Positions 1 through 10,369 of a DNA stretch of 64,000 nucleotides are shown one piece after another. Source of the stretch: Scyliorhinus canicula (Eukaryota); the NCBI RefSeq assembly GCF_902713615.1, contig NC_052164.1, positions 40,349,091 through 40,413,090 on the forward strand, given 5' to 3'. The position numbers were made by a program, and so were the translations under genes. The notes beneath the pieces were generated by a model. It did not search any database, was not told the DNA's origin, and saw only the letters and a list, made by a program, of their open reading frames with translations. The stretch's first letter is position 1; the number at the start of each line of letters is the position of its first letter.

Positions 1-171
1 CGGAGCACCGGGAGGAAACCCAAGCAGACACGGGGAGAACGTGCAGACTCCGGACAATCACTAGAGGCTGGAATTGAACCTGGGTGTGAGGCAGCAGTGT
101 TAATTACTGTGCCAGGTGCTGCCTCTATGATCTGCTGGTAACTTTAACCTCACTTTTCCTCTCTGTCCAAA

Positions 172-390
172 GTAGCACAGTGGTGCAAAGGTCAGCACTG
201 CTGCCTCAGGGCACCGAGGACCCGGGTTCGATCCCGGCTCTGGGTCACTGTCTGTGTGGAGTTTGCATATTCTCCCCGTGTCTGCATGGGTCTCATCTCC
301 ACAACCAAAAGATGTGCTGGTTAGTTGGATTGGTCACACTAAATTGCCCCTTAATTGAAAGAAAGTAATTGGTACTCTATAGTTCTAAAA
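172..390 (+). mobile_element. HE1-like V-SINE (duplicate ~23915-24135)
   Basis: tRNA-like head with GGTTCGATCCC B box and V-domain GTGTGGAGTTTGCA..TTCTCCCCGTGTCTGC. Confidence 0.75.
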
Positions 391-944
391 ATAACTTTTC
401 CTGTCTGTCCCTCTCCCCCGGGACACACTTTTAGATTCCCCTTGAATATCTGCAATGACCGAGGGGATTGCTTTACTGAGGAAGCGAATTCTAAAGACTA
501 ATGAGCCACTGAGACAAACAAATTCCTCCTTACTTCCATCATAAATGGGAGAGTCTTTATTTTTAAACTGTGCACCTTAGTTCTAGAATCCTCTGGAAGA
601 GGGTGCCCTCCTGTCAGCTTGTATCCAGCCAACCCCCCTCAGATTCTGAGACGTTTCAATATTCGAATTAGTTTGATCAGCACACCGGGTGTTTTGAGAT
701 GATGTCATTGAGAGGTAGCATGCAGCTGAGAAATGGGAGAGGTCAAGGATTGATTCTTAGGGGACACCAGAGGTAATGCAGCCGTCCTTCAGCAGGAAGA
801 GAAGCCACTGCAGGAAATTATCTGCCTACGTTGAGATAGATGATAAAAGCAAACGAGGACAGCCCCCCTTCCAGCCCCATCCACCCAGCCTAAAACTTGA
901 CCATTGTGCAGAGGCCTGACCGACCCGTGTCAAGGTGCAGACAT

Positions 945-1074
945 GATATGGAGATGCTGGCGTTGGACTGGGCTGAGCACAGTGAAAAATCTCAACTGAG
1001 GAAGGAGCAGTGCTCCGAAAGCTAGTGTTTGAAGCAAACATGTTGGCCTTTATCCTGGTGTTGTAAGACTTCTT
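945..1074. mobile_element. Short inverted Penelope-like cassette (duplicate at ~24686-24815)
   Basis: Flanked by AAGGTGC(A/T)GACAT repeats (932-944, 1075-1087); contains CTGAGGAAGGAGCAGTGCTCCGAAAGCTAGTG at 996. Confidence 0.75.
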
Positions 1075-1254
1075 AAGGTGCTGACATATAGAGAAGGATC
1101 TGAAGGGGAGGTTAACCTTTGTTACAGCCAAACCGTTCTAACCAACTGCCCCCTTATTGTGCACTTGATGTGAATCCGTTCAAATTGAAGGAAATCATCT
1201 GCTTTTCCAAAATTGATATTAATAATATTGATCCATATTCTTGGAGCTTTGAGT

Positions 1255-1480
1255 TAGAACCGGGCGCTGTTTGTGTTTTTCTATTTGGGATCTTCCCGGC
1301 CCTGGTTGAGGAATTTCCAGCTTTCAGATTCCTTCCCTCACACAGGGAGCAGACTAACTATTCGCATTGTAAAAGAAACAACCGAAAGCAGAATTCACTT
1401 TCCCAACGTAACACCGCACATCGCCAGACCCTCCTCTTAACACGGAGAGCATGGCAGAGAGAGATCCTCCCAACACAGTC
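1255..1480 (+). promoter_or_regulatory. Putative core promoter of IFN gene A
   Basis: kB-like GGGATCTTCCC (1287) and GGAATTTCC (1310); IRF-like AGCTTTCAGATTCC (1319), AACCGAAAGC (1380) and TTCACTTTCCC (1394). Motif order is collinear with the B promoter. Confidence 0.65.
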
Positions 1481-1553
1481 CAGATACACACAGACACACA
1501 TAGAGACAGAGACACACAGATTGACACTGAGAGACAGAGACACACAGAGTGAC

Positions 1554-1811
1554 NNNNNNNNNNNNNNNNNNNNNNNNNNNNNNNNNNNNNNNNNNNNNNN
1601 NNNNNNNNNNNNNNNNNNNNNNNNNNNNNNNNNNNNNNNNNNNNNNNNNNNNNNNNNNNNNNNNNNNNNNNNNNNNNNNNNNNNNNNNNNNNNNNNNNNN
1701 NNNNNNNNNNNNNNNNNNNNNNNNNNNNNNNNNNNNNNNNNNNNNNNNNNNNNNNNNNNNNNNNNNNNNNNNNNNNNNNNNNNNNNNNNNNNNNNNNNNN
1801 NNNNNNNNNNN
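1554..1811. other. Assembly gap following an AC/AG-rich microsatellite
   Basis: N run preceded by ACACAGAGAC-type repeats at 1483-1553. Confidence 0.95.
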
Positions 1812-1968
1812 AGACGCACAGGAGGGTTTAGGCGGTTGCTCCTGCTGAAAGCGGTTGCATTTTCACTCCCGGTGATTCTTTCGGTGAAAATACATTTGTT
1901 CGGAGTTGAACCCGGTTACGGTCAGTGTGTGATCCTCAGCTCCGTGTCTCACTCTGGCTCGGTTCCTC

Positions 1969-4900
1969 ATGTCTCTGGCCAGTATTTGGAGGTTTGGGAC
2001 GGTGTTGTTCCTCTTGTCCGGGACCCTCAGTCTGGGCTGTGAGAGGCTGCAGTTACAGCAAGTTCTCAACACAGAGACACTCAGCAAACTGAATGAAATG
2101 GTGAGTTGAAGCTGGAGCCAGAAACAATTCCCCATCGCACTGGGTCCATTTGTTTTGAAGCATTCTCTCAGGAAAATGGTTTTGGGGTTTGCAGCGCTGC
2201 ACAATTTATGACGTGGAGATGCCGGCGTTGGACTGGGGTGAGCACAGTAAGAAGTCTTACAACACCAGGTTAAAGTCCAACAGGTTTGTTTCAAACACGA
2301 GCTTTCGGAGCACGGCTCCTTCTTCAGGTGAATGGAAAGGCTTGTTCCAGAAATGTTTATATAGACACAGTCAGAGATGCCCCGGAATGCGAGCACCTGC
2401 AGGCAATCAAATCATCAAAGATGCAGAGAGAGAGGTAACTCCAGGTTAAAGAGGTGTGAATTGTCCCAAGCCAATTGTCCCAAGCCAAGCCAATGTGTCT
2501 ATATAAACATTTCTGGAACAAGCCTTTCCATTCACCTGAAGAAGGAGCCGTGCTCCGAAAGCTCGTGTTTGAAACAAACCTGTTGGACTTTAACCTGGTG
2601 TTGTAAGACTTCTTACTGTGCACAATTTATGGTCAGCGAATCTGCAGCATTACTGTTTCTGATCTGGGTTGACACAGTGTTTGTCTTTGCTCTCAGGGCG
2701 GTCGCTTCCCTCGGCAATGTGTCAGGGAGAGGTTTGCGCTGACAACAAAGCCCTTGAATCTGGTGAAACTGTCTGAGGGTTTGCAGGTGAGTGAACACTG
2801 GGGCTTATTATCGTTTATTCCATCAGAAATGTGCGAAAAACACGATAAAGATCAACCACCGTAATCCAGGATGGACAGAGCAGGTCGCTCATTGAAGTTG
2901 TCAGTGGAAATGAGGGAGATCCTGCTTTGAACTCAAACCCCCGGGTAAAGACTCTCTTCCTCGTTCCCTCAGACTGATGTAGGGAATGGAACCTCATTGA
3001 GCTGTGATGCACCCTGTTGGGGGAGCCTGCCAAGTCTGCAGCACCATTCAAAGGTTACTTGTGCCTGCTAATCATCTCAATTCCTTTCATCACCTCACTA
3101 CCCATTAGCATCTCTGTCTTCTCCCTCTTACTCCCTCACTGTCTATCCACTTCTTACCATCAATCGTCCTATACAGTTCAGGCAGGGCCCTTTCATCTGT
3201 GGATTCCACACAACATACCTGTCCACTCTCCATTGCATTCACTCGATGGTCACTGTGTTGATATTGGTGGGATGGTTAGCTCATTGGCTAGTCCAGGATG
3301 CTGCCACCAGCGCTGGTCCAATTCCTGTCTGACTGAGGAAGTGTGAGACCTGCCTCTGCGCCCTTCCCTGAGAGTCGAAGACAATGACAGACTCCCTCTA
3401 CAAATAAACAAAATCAAACTGCCCAGAAAGCAACTCAGGGTGAAGCATCAGATGCCACAGCGTCAGAGGCCCAGGGTGACCGTGAGGAGTTTTCACGTTC
3501 GCTGCGTGTGCGTGGGATTCCTCCGGGTGCTCTGGTTTCCTCTCACAGTCCAAAGATGTGCAGATGAGGTGGATTGGCCATGATAAATTGTCCCTTAGTG
3601 CCCAAGGGTTTGGTGGGGTTATGGGGATGTGGCAGCGGAGTGGAAGGGGAGCTCCATTATTCTAATACTGTCCAGGGTGGCCTCTCAATTTATGTCCTCT
3701 ATAAACTGGAACACAATCCAATAACTATTGTAATATAACATAACTCAATTATCTCTGGTGCAGCACGGTGGCACAGTGGTTACCATTGCTGCCTCAGGGT
3801 GCCGAGGTCCCAGGCTTGATCCCGGCTCTGGGTCATTGTCAGTGTGGAGTTTGCGCATTCTTTCCATGTTTGCGTGGATTTCGCTCCCACAATCCAAAGA
3901 TGTGCAGGGTAGGTGATCTGCCGTGCTAAATTGCCACTTAATTCGAAAAAATGAATTGAGTACTCTAAATTTATTTTTTTTAAACTCATCATCTCTAAAT
4001 ATTCCAACAACACAAACTCCCAGTCAGCCATCACCTCTGCATTCTCAGATTAGATTCATTCAGATATCACCAAGTTCACAACTTTGCAAAATGGATTTTT
4101 CCGATATTCCCCGTGGTGCCACCAAAATATCGAATGGAGAGAGTTCTTTCACTCACAGGGTCCGAGGAAGGAGATATTAATGGATAGGTCTTGTCAGGAG
4201 ATTTTGTGTCAGTGGAGGGGGTTAAGTCTATGTACGAGGAGAAGTTGGGGCCCATATTGAATGACGAGGTGTGAGGCACTTCGCAGGGTGAACTCCACAT
4301 CCACCTGGGCCAGGTTTGGTTTCATCCAGCCTCGGGTAGTTTTGAGGGCGCATTTGACCAATTTCAGAATGAGTCACTTCTTTTTAGGGGGGGGGGGGGG
4401 GGGGACGACAGGTTTACAGTGCTGTTTACATGGTCCGGGTAACAACGTGCATATGTTCTGGTTTTGTCCCGAAGTCATGGGTTTTGGGGTCTCCTTCTTT
4501 AGCACCATGTTGGCGATCCTGAAGATTGAGCTGGAGCCCTAACCTTTAGCGGCCATACTTTGGGTGTCAGACTTATCAGAGCTGCAAACGGGCGCAGGGG
4601 CCAATGGCGTCGCCTTCTCCTTGCTCCTTGCTCGGAGGTGAGTTCTGCTGGGATGGAGTTCTCCGCCTCCATCCAGTGCCTCGGTTTGGCTTGGGGACCT
4701 GATTGAGTTCCTATTCCTTGAAAAAGTCAAAGAAAAGTTGAGGGGAGCAATCGACTGGATTCTATGGGAGATGAAGCCTTTTACTGTCTTTTTCAAGGAA
4801 ATTGTCACCTTTTGTTACTGGGGGTGGGGGGGGGGGGGGGGGAGTTGACGGGAGGGGAGTGGCAGGTTTCATGAGAGGTTGTTTTATGTTTCTGTTTTTC

Positions 4901-5476
4901 ATGTCTGTAGATGTGTTTATTTTTCTTGTTATTTTGAATTTCATAAATGAATTATATTAATGAAAATATTTATTAAAAAAACAAAAATGCATCATCTTTA
5001 ATCTGATTGTGTATATATTCCCTAGACACAGGACAGGATGCAGATTGTCCATCAGACCCTGCGTCATATCAGCAAGATCTACAGCATGAACCTGGGTTCA
5101 GTCACCTGGGACCGGAACAAGGTGGAAAACCTCCGCCTTCTCCTGGACCGACAGCTCAGTGAGCTGGAAGAATGTGTCAGGAAACAGGGCTCAGAGGCCA
5201 GACTGAGGAAAAACTCCACCATTCAAAAATACTTCAGGAAACTGAGGAAGTTTCTCAAACAGAAGGTGGGACAATTGATAATTGAATGTGTGATTATTGG
5301 ATTGTAGTTTATTTGACCGTATTTAGATCTGTTCATTTTCCAATTAGGTTTCCTTAAAATATATTCTGTTTTTCCAGACATTCAGCAACTGTGCTTGGGA
5401 AATAATCCGCGCTGAGACCAGGGCCCGTTTACAACAGCTCCTTTACTTAATGGCACAAGTCCGCAGAAGAAATTGA
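1969..5476 (+). CDS. Type I interferon, subtype A copy 1 (4 exons, 186 aa, 4 Cys)
   Basis: Exons 1969-2100, 2697-2786, 5026-5265, 5378-5476; all introns GT..AG, phase 0. Translation: MSLASIWRFGTVLFLLSGTLSLGCERLQLQQVLNTETLSKLNEM/GGRFPRQCVRERFALTTKPLNLVKLSEGLQ/TQDRMQIVHQTLRHISKIYS...WD...LEECVR...YFRKLRKFLKQK/TFSNCAWEIIRAETRARLQQLLYLMAQVRRRN*. The signal peptide, FP..C, YF..L..FL and CAWE motifs are type I IFN hallmarks; an ATTTA-rich 3' UTR follows. Confidence 0.95.
2296..2330 (-). ncRNA. Minimal hammerhead motif, mirror copy
   Basis: Exact reverse complement of 2533-2567. Confidence 0.7.
2533..2567 (+). ncRNA. Minimal type I hammerhead ribozyme motif (Penelope-type)
   Basis: CAC-CTGAAGA-A-GGAGC-CGT-GCTCC-GAA-AGCT-C-GTG: stem I, CUGANGA core, 5-bp stem II, GAAA, palindromic AGCU helix III, CUC cleavage triplet. 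Confidence 0.75.
3762..3980 (+). mobile_element. HE1-like V-SINE (intron 2 of A; another partial copy at ~3455-3640)
   Basis: GCAGCACGGTGGCACAGTGGTTA head plus V-domain. Confidence 0.75.
4085..4988 (+). mobile_element. L1 3' fragment in intron 2 of gene A (duplicate ~27400-28303)
   Basis: RVNSTSTWARFGFIQ..HMFWFCP remnant, G-run 3' UTR, A-rich tail. Confidence 0.8.
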
Positions 5477-6489
5477 AATAAAATCCAACCGCATGTTCAG
5501 CAGAGACTGGAATAATTTATTTAAATTGGCTGTTATTTATATAATAACAGAATTCTGTGATGACTGACAAAGAGCAAAGAATATCTTGATGTAATTTTCT
5601 ATTTGATTATTTATTCTAATTTATTAATATTTATCGCTGCAATATTTTTATGTTGTGAAATCTTCATCATCTGTGTGCTGAGCTAAATGGATGGCCATGA
5701 TGTCTTTGTACAACAGATGTTAGATTTTTACGGTTGTGAACTCACAAATGTAAAGAAGGTATTTCGATAACACATTTCATACAGACTGAAACAAGAAATA
5801 GTTCTTTCAAAGCTTCACGTTTTTGAGAAGTATTATATTTTATGTCTACAGTACGTCTGGAATTACAATTCTGACAGCTTGGCTCGATGATAACACTGAT
5901 TGGTGGGTCAAACCCCACTTAATTCTCTCTGGGCTCCTTATTGTAGCTGCTGAACCTCCAATCACAATTCTGCACTGGGAATGGTCCAGCCAATCCTCAG
6001 CTCTGCTTTCCCGGTTTCCTCAGTCTCAAGGGTCGGTTGCAGACAAACGACCCCTGACCTCATTCCTGTTTCAGACTCACCTTTACTTTCTGTTCACCAC
6101 AAGGTCAACATTTCAATTAATTCCTCCTCATTTTAATTTATTGATATTTATCATTGTGTTGGCTTTGTGTCATGGATTGCTTAAGTTTTGTACAATGTAT
6201 GAAAAATAAATGTTAATTTATTGATTTTTATTAAATTTTGGGAAATAAATAATATTTTTTTATAAACCTGGCAACTTTTTATACTGAATGAAAGCATATT
6301 TGTTCAAATAAATTGTTTTTGATATCACGCATTTGCTGGAGTAATATTTATTTTTCATGGGTCTTCTCAGGGTTTCCTCAGTCTCAAGGGTGGGTTGCAG
6401 ACAAACGACCCCTGACCCCATTCCTGTTTCAGATTCACCTTTACTTTCTGTTCACCACAAGGTCAACATTTCAATTAATTCCTCCTTTT

Positions 6490-6820
6490 CATAGAATTTA
6501 CAGGGCAGAAGGAGGCCATTCAGCCCATTGAGTCTGCACCGGCTCTTGGAAAGAGCACCCTACCCAAGGTCAACAACGCCACCCTATCCCCATAACCCAG
6601 TAACCCCACCCAACACTAAGGGCAATTTTTGGACACTAAGGACAATTTATCATGGCCAATCCACCTAACCTGTACATCTTTCGACTGTGGGAGGAACCCG
6701 GAGCACCCGGAGGAAACCCACGCACACACGGGGAGGATGTGCAGACTCTGCACAGACAGTGACCCAAACCGGAATCGAACCTGGGACACTGGAGCGGTGA
6801 AGCAATTGTGCTATCCACAA
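6490..6820 (-). mobile_element. HE1-like V-SINE (duplicate ~29806-30135)
   Basis: Reverse complement of the SINE body with LINE-derived tail ..AAATTCTATGA. Confidence 0.8.
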
Positions 6821-7144
6821 TCCTCATTTTAATTTATTGATATTTATCATTGTGTTGGCTTTGTGTCATGGATTGCTAAAGTTTTGTACAATTTATGAAA
6901 AATAAATGTTAATTTATTGATTTTTATTAAATTTTGGGAAATAAATAATATTTTTTTTATAAACCTGGCAACGTTTTATACTGAATGAAAGCATATTTGT
7001 TCAAATAAATTGTTTTTGATATCACGCACTTACTGGAGTAATATTTATTTTTCATGGGTCTCTTCACTATAAATGTGTTATAATTGAACAAGGTAGCATT
7101 AGGATGGAAAAGGTATTAATGATTTTAGTGCACTTAAGAGTGGT

Positions 7145-8600
7145 GATTATCTGCTTTCACAGCTATCAAAGGAAGGAGAGGGTCTTGGAGTTGGTGAATA
7201 TTGACTAGGATGGGCACACGGTGTGGATATATCAGAACATTAGGATTGAGCTGGCGCAGAGCTGTGCGGACTTCAACAAGGTGAAGGTGATGCAATTTGC
7301 CATGGTTTACCTGGTGTGATTGTGGGTCACAATGGACTCGAAAGATTATTTTTTCAACATGCTGGAGCTGGCAGAGGCCTTCACCAGAGAGAAGAAGCTG
7401 GGACTGGTCTGAGGAGCATGATTTGGGATTCTGAGTTTGAAGGTGGATGATTTTACAGTGTATTTATGCCTCATTTTAGTATATTTCTTTCTCTTGGGGT
7501 TTGGGCTGTAAGAACGTGGGATTGACACATTTCTTGGCTCAGAGACAAGCTTGCTAATAATGTTGGGTTTTGGGTTTTGGGAGTTCGTCAGAAGGGAGTG
7601 GGTGGTTGTTGCTTTTAGGGAAGTAATGCAGGGTGACACTGGGAGGGGCTCACCTTGCTAGCGGAAGGAGACGGTGTGGCTAGTGAATGAGAGAGGAGTG
7701 GAGGAAGAGGCTGTTGGGCTAGATCATGTGAGGCACAATCAGTCGAGCTGTTTTACTGTTTGTTTGGTAGGGGCATGGGGCCCGGTATGGTGTTCCTACA
7801 AGAAACTCACCTGTGAGTGCCGGACCATCCAGGTTGGGGAAGCCCTGGGTGAGCCAGGTTTTCCACTCAGGGTTTGACGGATGGGTCGGGGGGGAGTGGA
7901 TTTCGGTCAGCAAAATTATTCGCTTTCAGTCGGGGACTCTGGCTGATCAGGGGATGGTTATGTGATGGTTACAGGTATGCTGGGGGGGGGGGGGGGGTGG
8001 GGTCGCCATGGGCTGGTTTACATCACTCGGCTAAATCGCTGGCTTTTAAAGCAGACCAAGCAGGCCAGCAGCACTGTTCGATTCCCATACCAGCCTCCCC
8101 GGACAGGCGCTGGAATGTGGCGACTAGGGGCTTTTCACAGTAACTTCATTGAAGCCTACTCGTGGCAATAAGTGATTTTCATTTCATTTCATGGTGTGAG
8201 TGAATGTGTATGCCCCAAATAGGAGCAATGTCAAGTCTATGGGGTGCTTGCTGGCTGCAATACCGGAGATGGACACCCACCAATTGATTTTAGGGGCGAG
8301 ATTTTAATTTCGTCTTAGATCCGAAGCTGGACTGTTCCCGATTGAGGTCACTAACCCAATCAGGAATTACAAGGGTGTTGGCTGCATTCATGGAGGAGAC
8401 AACAGACAAACCCTTAGCATGGTTTAGTGACTTGATTGAGCTTTAGTATCTCAAGAAGTTCAAGTTTACAGTGAGGGGGTTGTTAGATGGGTTCCACCGT
8501 AGATGACGACTCTTCATATTGTTCTTTAAGGAATGGGTCACTGCTGGCTGTTAGTGAGGTTAGGGGTGTGTGTTATTTGGGTTGTATTTCTGTTACTGGG
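7145..8600 (+). mobile_element. Highly degenerate L1 fragments with nested SINE (duplicate ~30460-31900)
   Basis: Patchy resemblance to the ORF1 end, endonuclease and 3' end of the L1s in this window. Confidence 0.5.
8010..8192 (+). mobile_element. Second tRNA-derived SINE family (related copies at ~31325-31497 and ~49145-49325 minus)
   Basis: GTTCGATTCC B box and (TTTCA)n tail. Confidence 0.6.
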
Positions 8601-9564
8601 GTTATTGTTATGTTGCCTGGACAGGAGTTATGAAGCGAAGCTGGCCAGGCTGGGGTTAGTTTCCTTCGAGCAGAGAAGGCAGAGTGGAACCTGATTGAGC
8701 TGTGTAAAATTATGTGGGACATAGACAGGACAAATAGGAAGAAACGTTCCAAAATATTATTGAAAGTTGTGGTTTATTTCTTCTCTCTCTTCCGCCTCTG
8801 CTCGCTGAACTTGGATTCAAACCATCTGGGCACACTGCATTTTCTACTTCTAGACACATGCAAAATGTAATCCTTCACTTCCTCTATTCCATTGTTTCTC
8901 ACTTCAGCCTTTCATTTGGTCGTTCCATTCTACAACTCGATGGCTCATCTTTCACTTTGCTCTGCAAAGCACTGAGCTATGAGTCTGATTGTTGCCGTTT
9001 GATCACACTCGAGTATAATTTGTCTTCATTCATCTACAAATGGTGCTAGTATTTTAGAGGATTATGTTTTACTTATTATTATCAAATATCCCCTGTCTTT
9101 GTCCTCATTCAATTAATAAATTACCTTTGTTTTACATACAAGATGGAGAGACTTCAAAACTTTTTCTAAAGAATTTTTCTCCATATTCAAAATGTTTTTT
9201 TGGAATTATAGAGTATGTAATCCTGTCTTGGATTCAGAGGTTGGAGGGTTCAAATGCACTTGAGAGTCATGGTTCAGACATGACCCCTGGCTCTGAATTA
9301 TGGGTTGTCATCCAACCACACATTTGTGCCCAATGATCAAGATTCTCAGCTCTCCATTGTATTATCTGGACGATTGCATAAAATCTCACTGATTTACAGG
9401 ATCCTTTCAAATCAGCCTCTCAACTCAGATAAAGATGGTCATGGCCAAGAAAATAATGTACAAGTATGAATGGTTAATTTGCTTGTGACTCCTTCCTTTA
9501 CTCCGGAGGGGGAGAATATGAGGTTTTGTGTCAACTAGATTAATGTCAGGTTGTCCTTCTGTTT

Positions 9565-10075
9565 TTTAAAATAAATTTAGAGCACACAATTCATTTTTCC
9601 AATTGAGGGGCAATTTTGCGTGGCCAATCCACCTACCCTGCACATCTTTTGGGTTGTGGGTGCAACCCACGCAAACACGGGGAGAATGTGCAAACACCAC
9701 ACGGACAGTGACCCAGAGCTGGGACCACGGTGGCGTGCGCCCGCAGTACTAACCACTGCGCCACCATGCTATGCTATCCATCTGTTTTTTTAATTAACAA
9801 TCTTTATTGTCACAAGTAGGCTTACATTAATATTGCAATCAAGTCGCTGTGCAGATCCCCTCGTCTCCACTTACCGGCGCCTTTTCAGGTACACGGAGGG
9901 AAAATTCAGAATGTCCAAATTACCTAACAGCACGTCTTTCGGAACTTGTGGAAGGAAACCGGAGCACGCAGAGGGAACCCACGCAGACACTGGGAGAACA
10001 GACTGTGCACAGTGATCCAAGCTGGGAATCGAACGTGGGACCTGTCGCTGTGAAAGGAGAGTGCTAACCACTGTT
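9565..10075 (-). mobile_element. Two adjacent V-SINEs (duplicate ~32775-33290)
   Basis: Reverse-complement V-domain motifs. Confidence 0.7.
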
Positions 10076-10369
10076 GGTTTTAGATTGTTGTCTGTACCTT
10101 TACATACTTCAAACAGAATACTATTGAAACGTTTAACCCAGGTGCCCTTATATTTGAGATGAACAAAGGACAAACACAAGTGCACACTTAAATCCAAGTT
10201 TATTTTCAATCATAATAAAACAGTTATCCCTTAAATTACCCCAGCTATAGTATGGCTTAATACAACATGAGCCGGGGGCAGCAGAGTCTTGCAGTGTTTG
10301 GCAATGCTGCCTCAGGGCCCCGGGTCACTGTCCTTGTGGAGTTTACACATTCTTCCCATGTCTGTGTGG

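Larger units (their letters stand above)
2211..2618. mobile_element. Penelope-like terminal-repeat cassette (inverted pair) in intron 1 of gene A
   Basis: Absent from A' intron 1 (596 vs 176 bp). Flanked by the direct repeat TGCACAATTTATG (2198-2210, 2619-2631). 128-bp inverted arms at 2242-2369 and 2494-2621. Confidence 0.85.

Noticed and set aside
1119-2042. 307-aa ORF and other ORFs spanning N runs
   Set aside because: Artefact of untranslatable gaps; out of frame with IFN exon 1.
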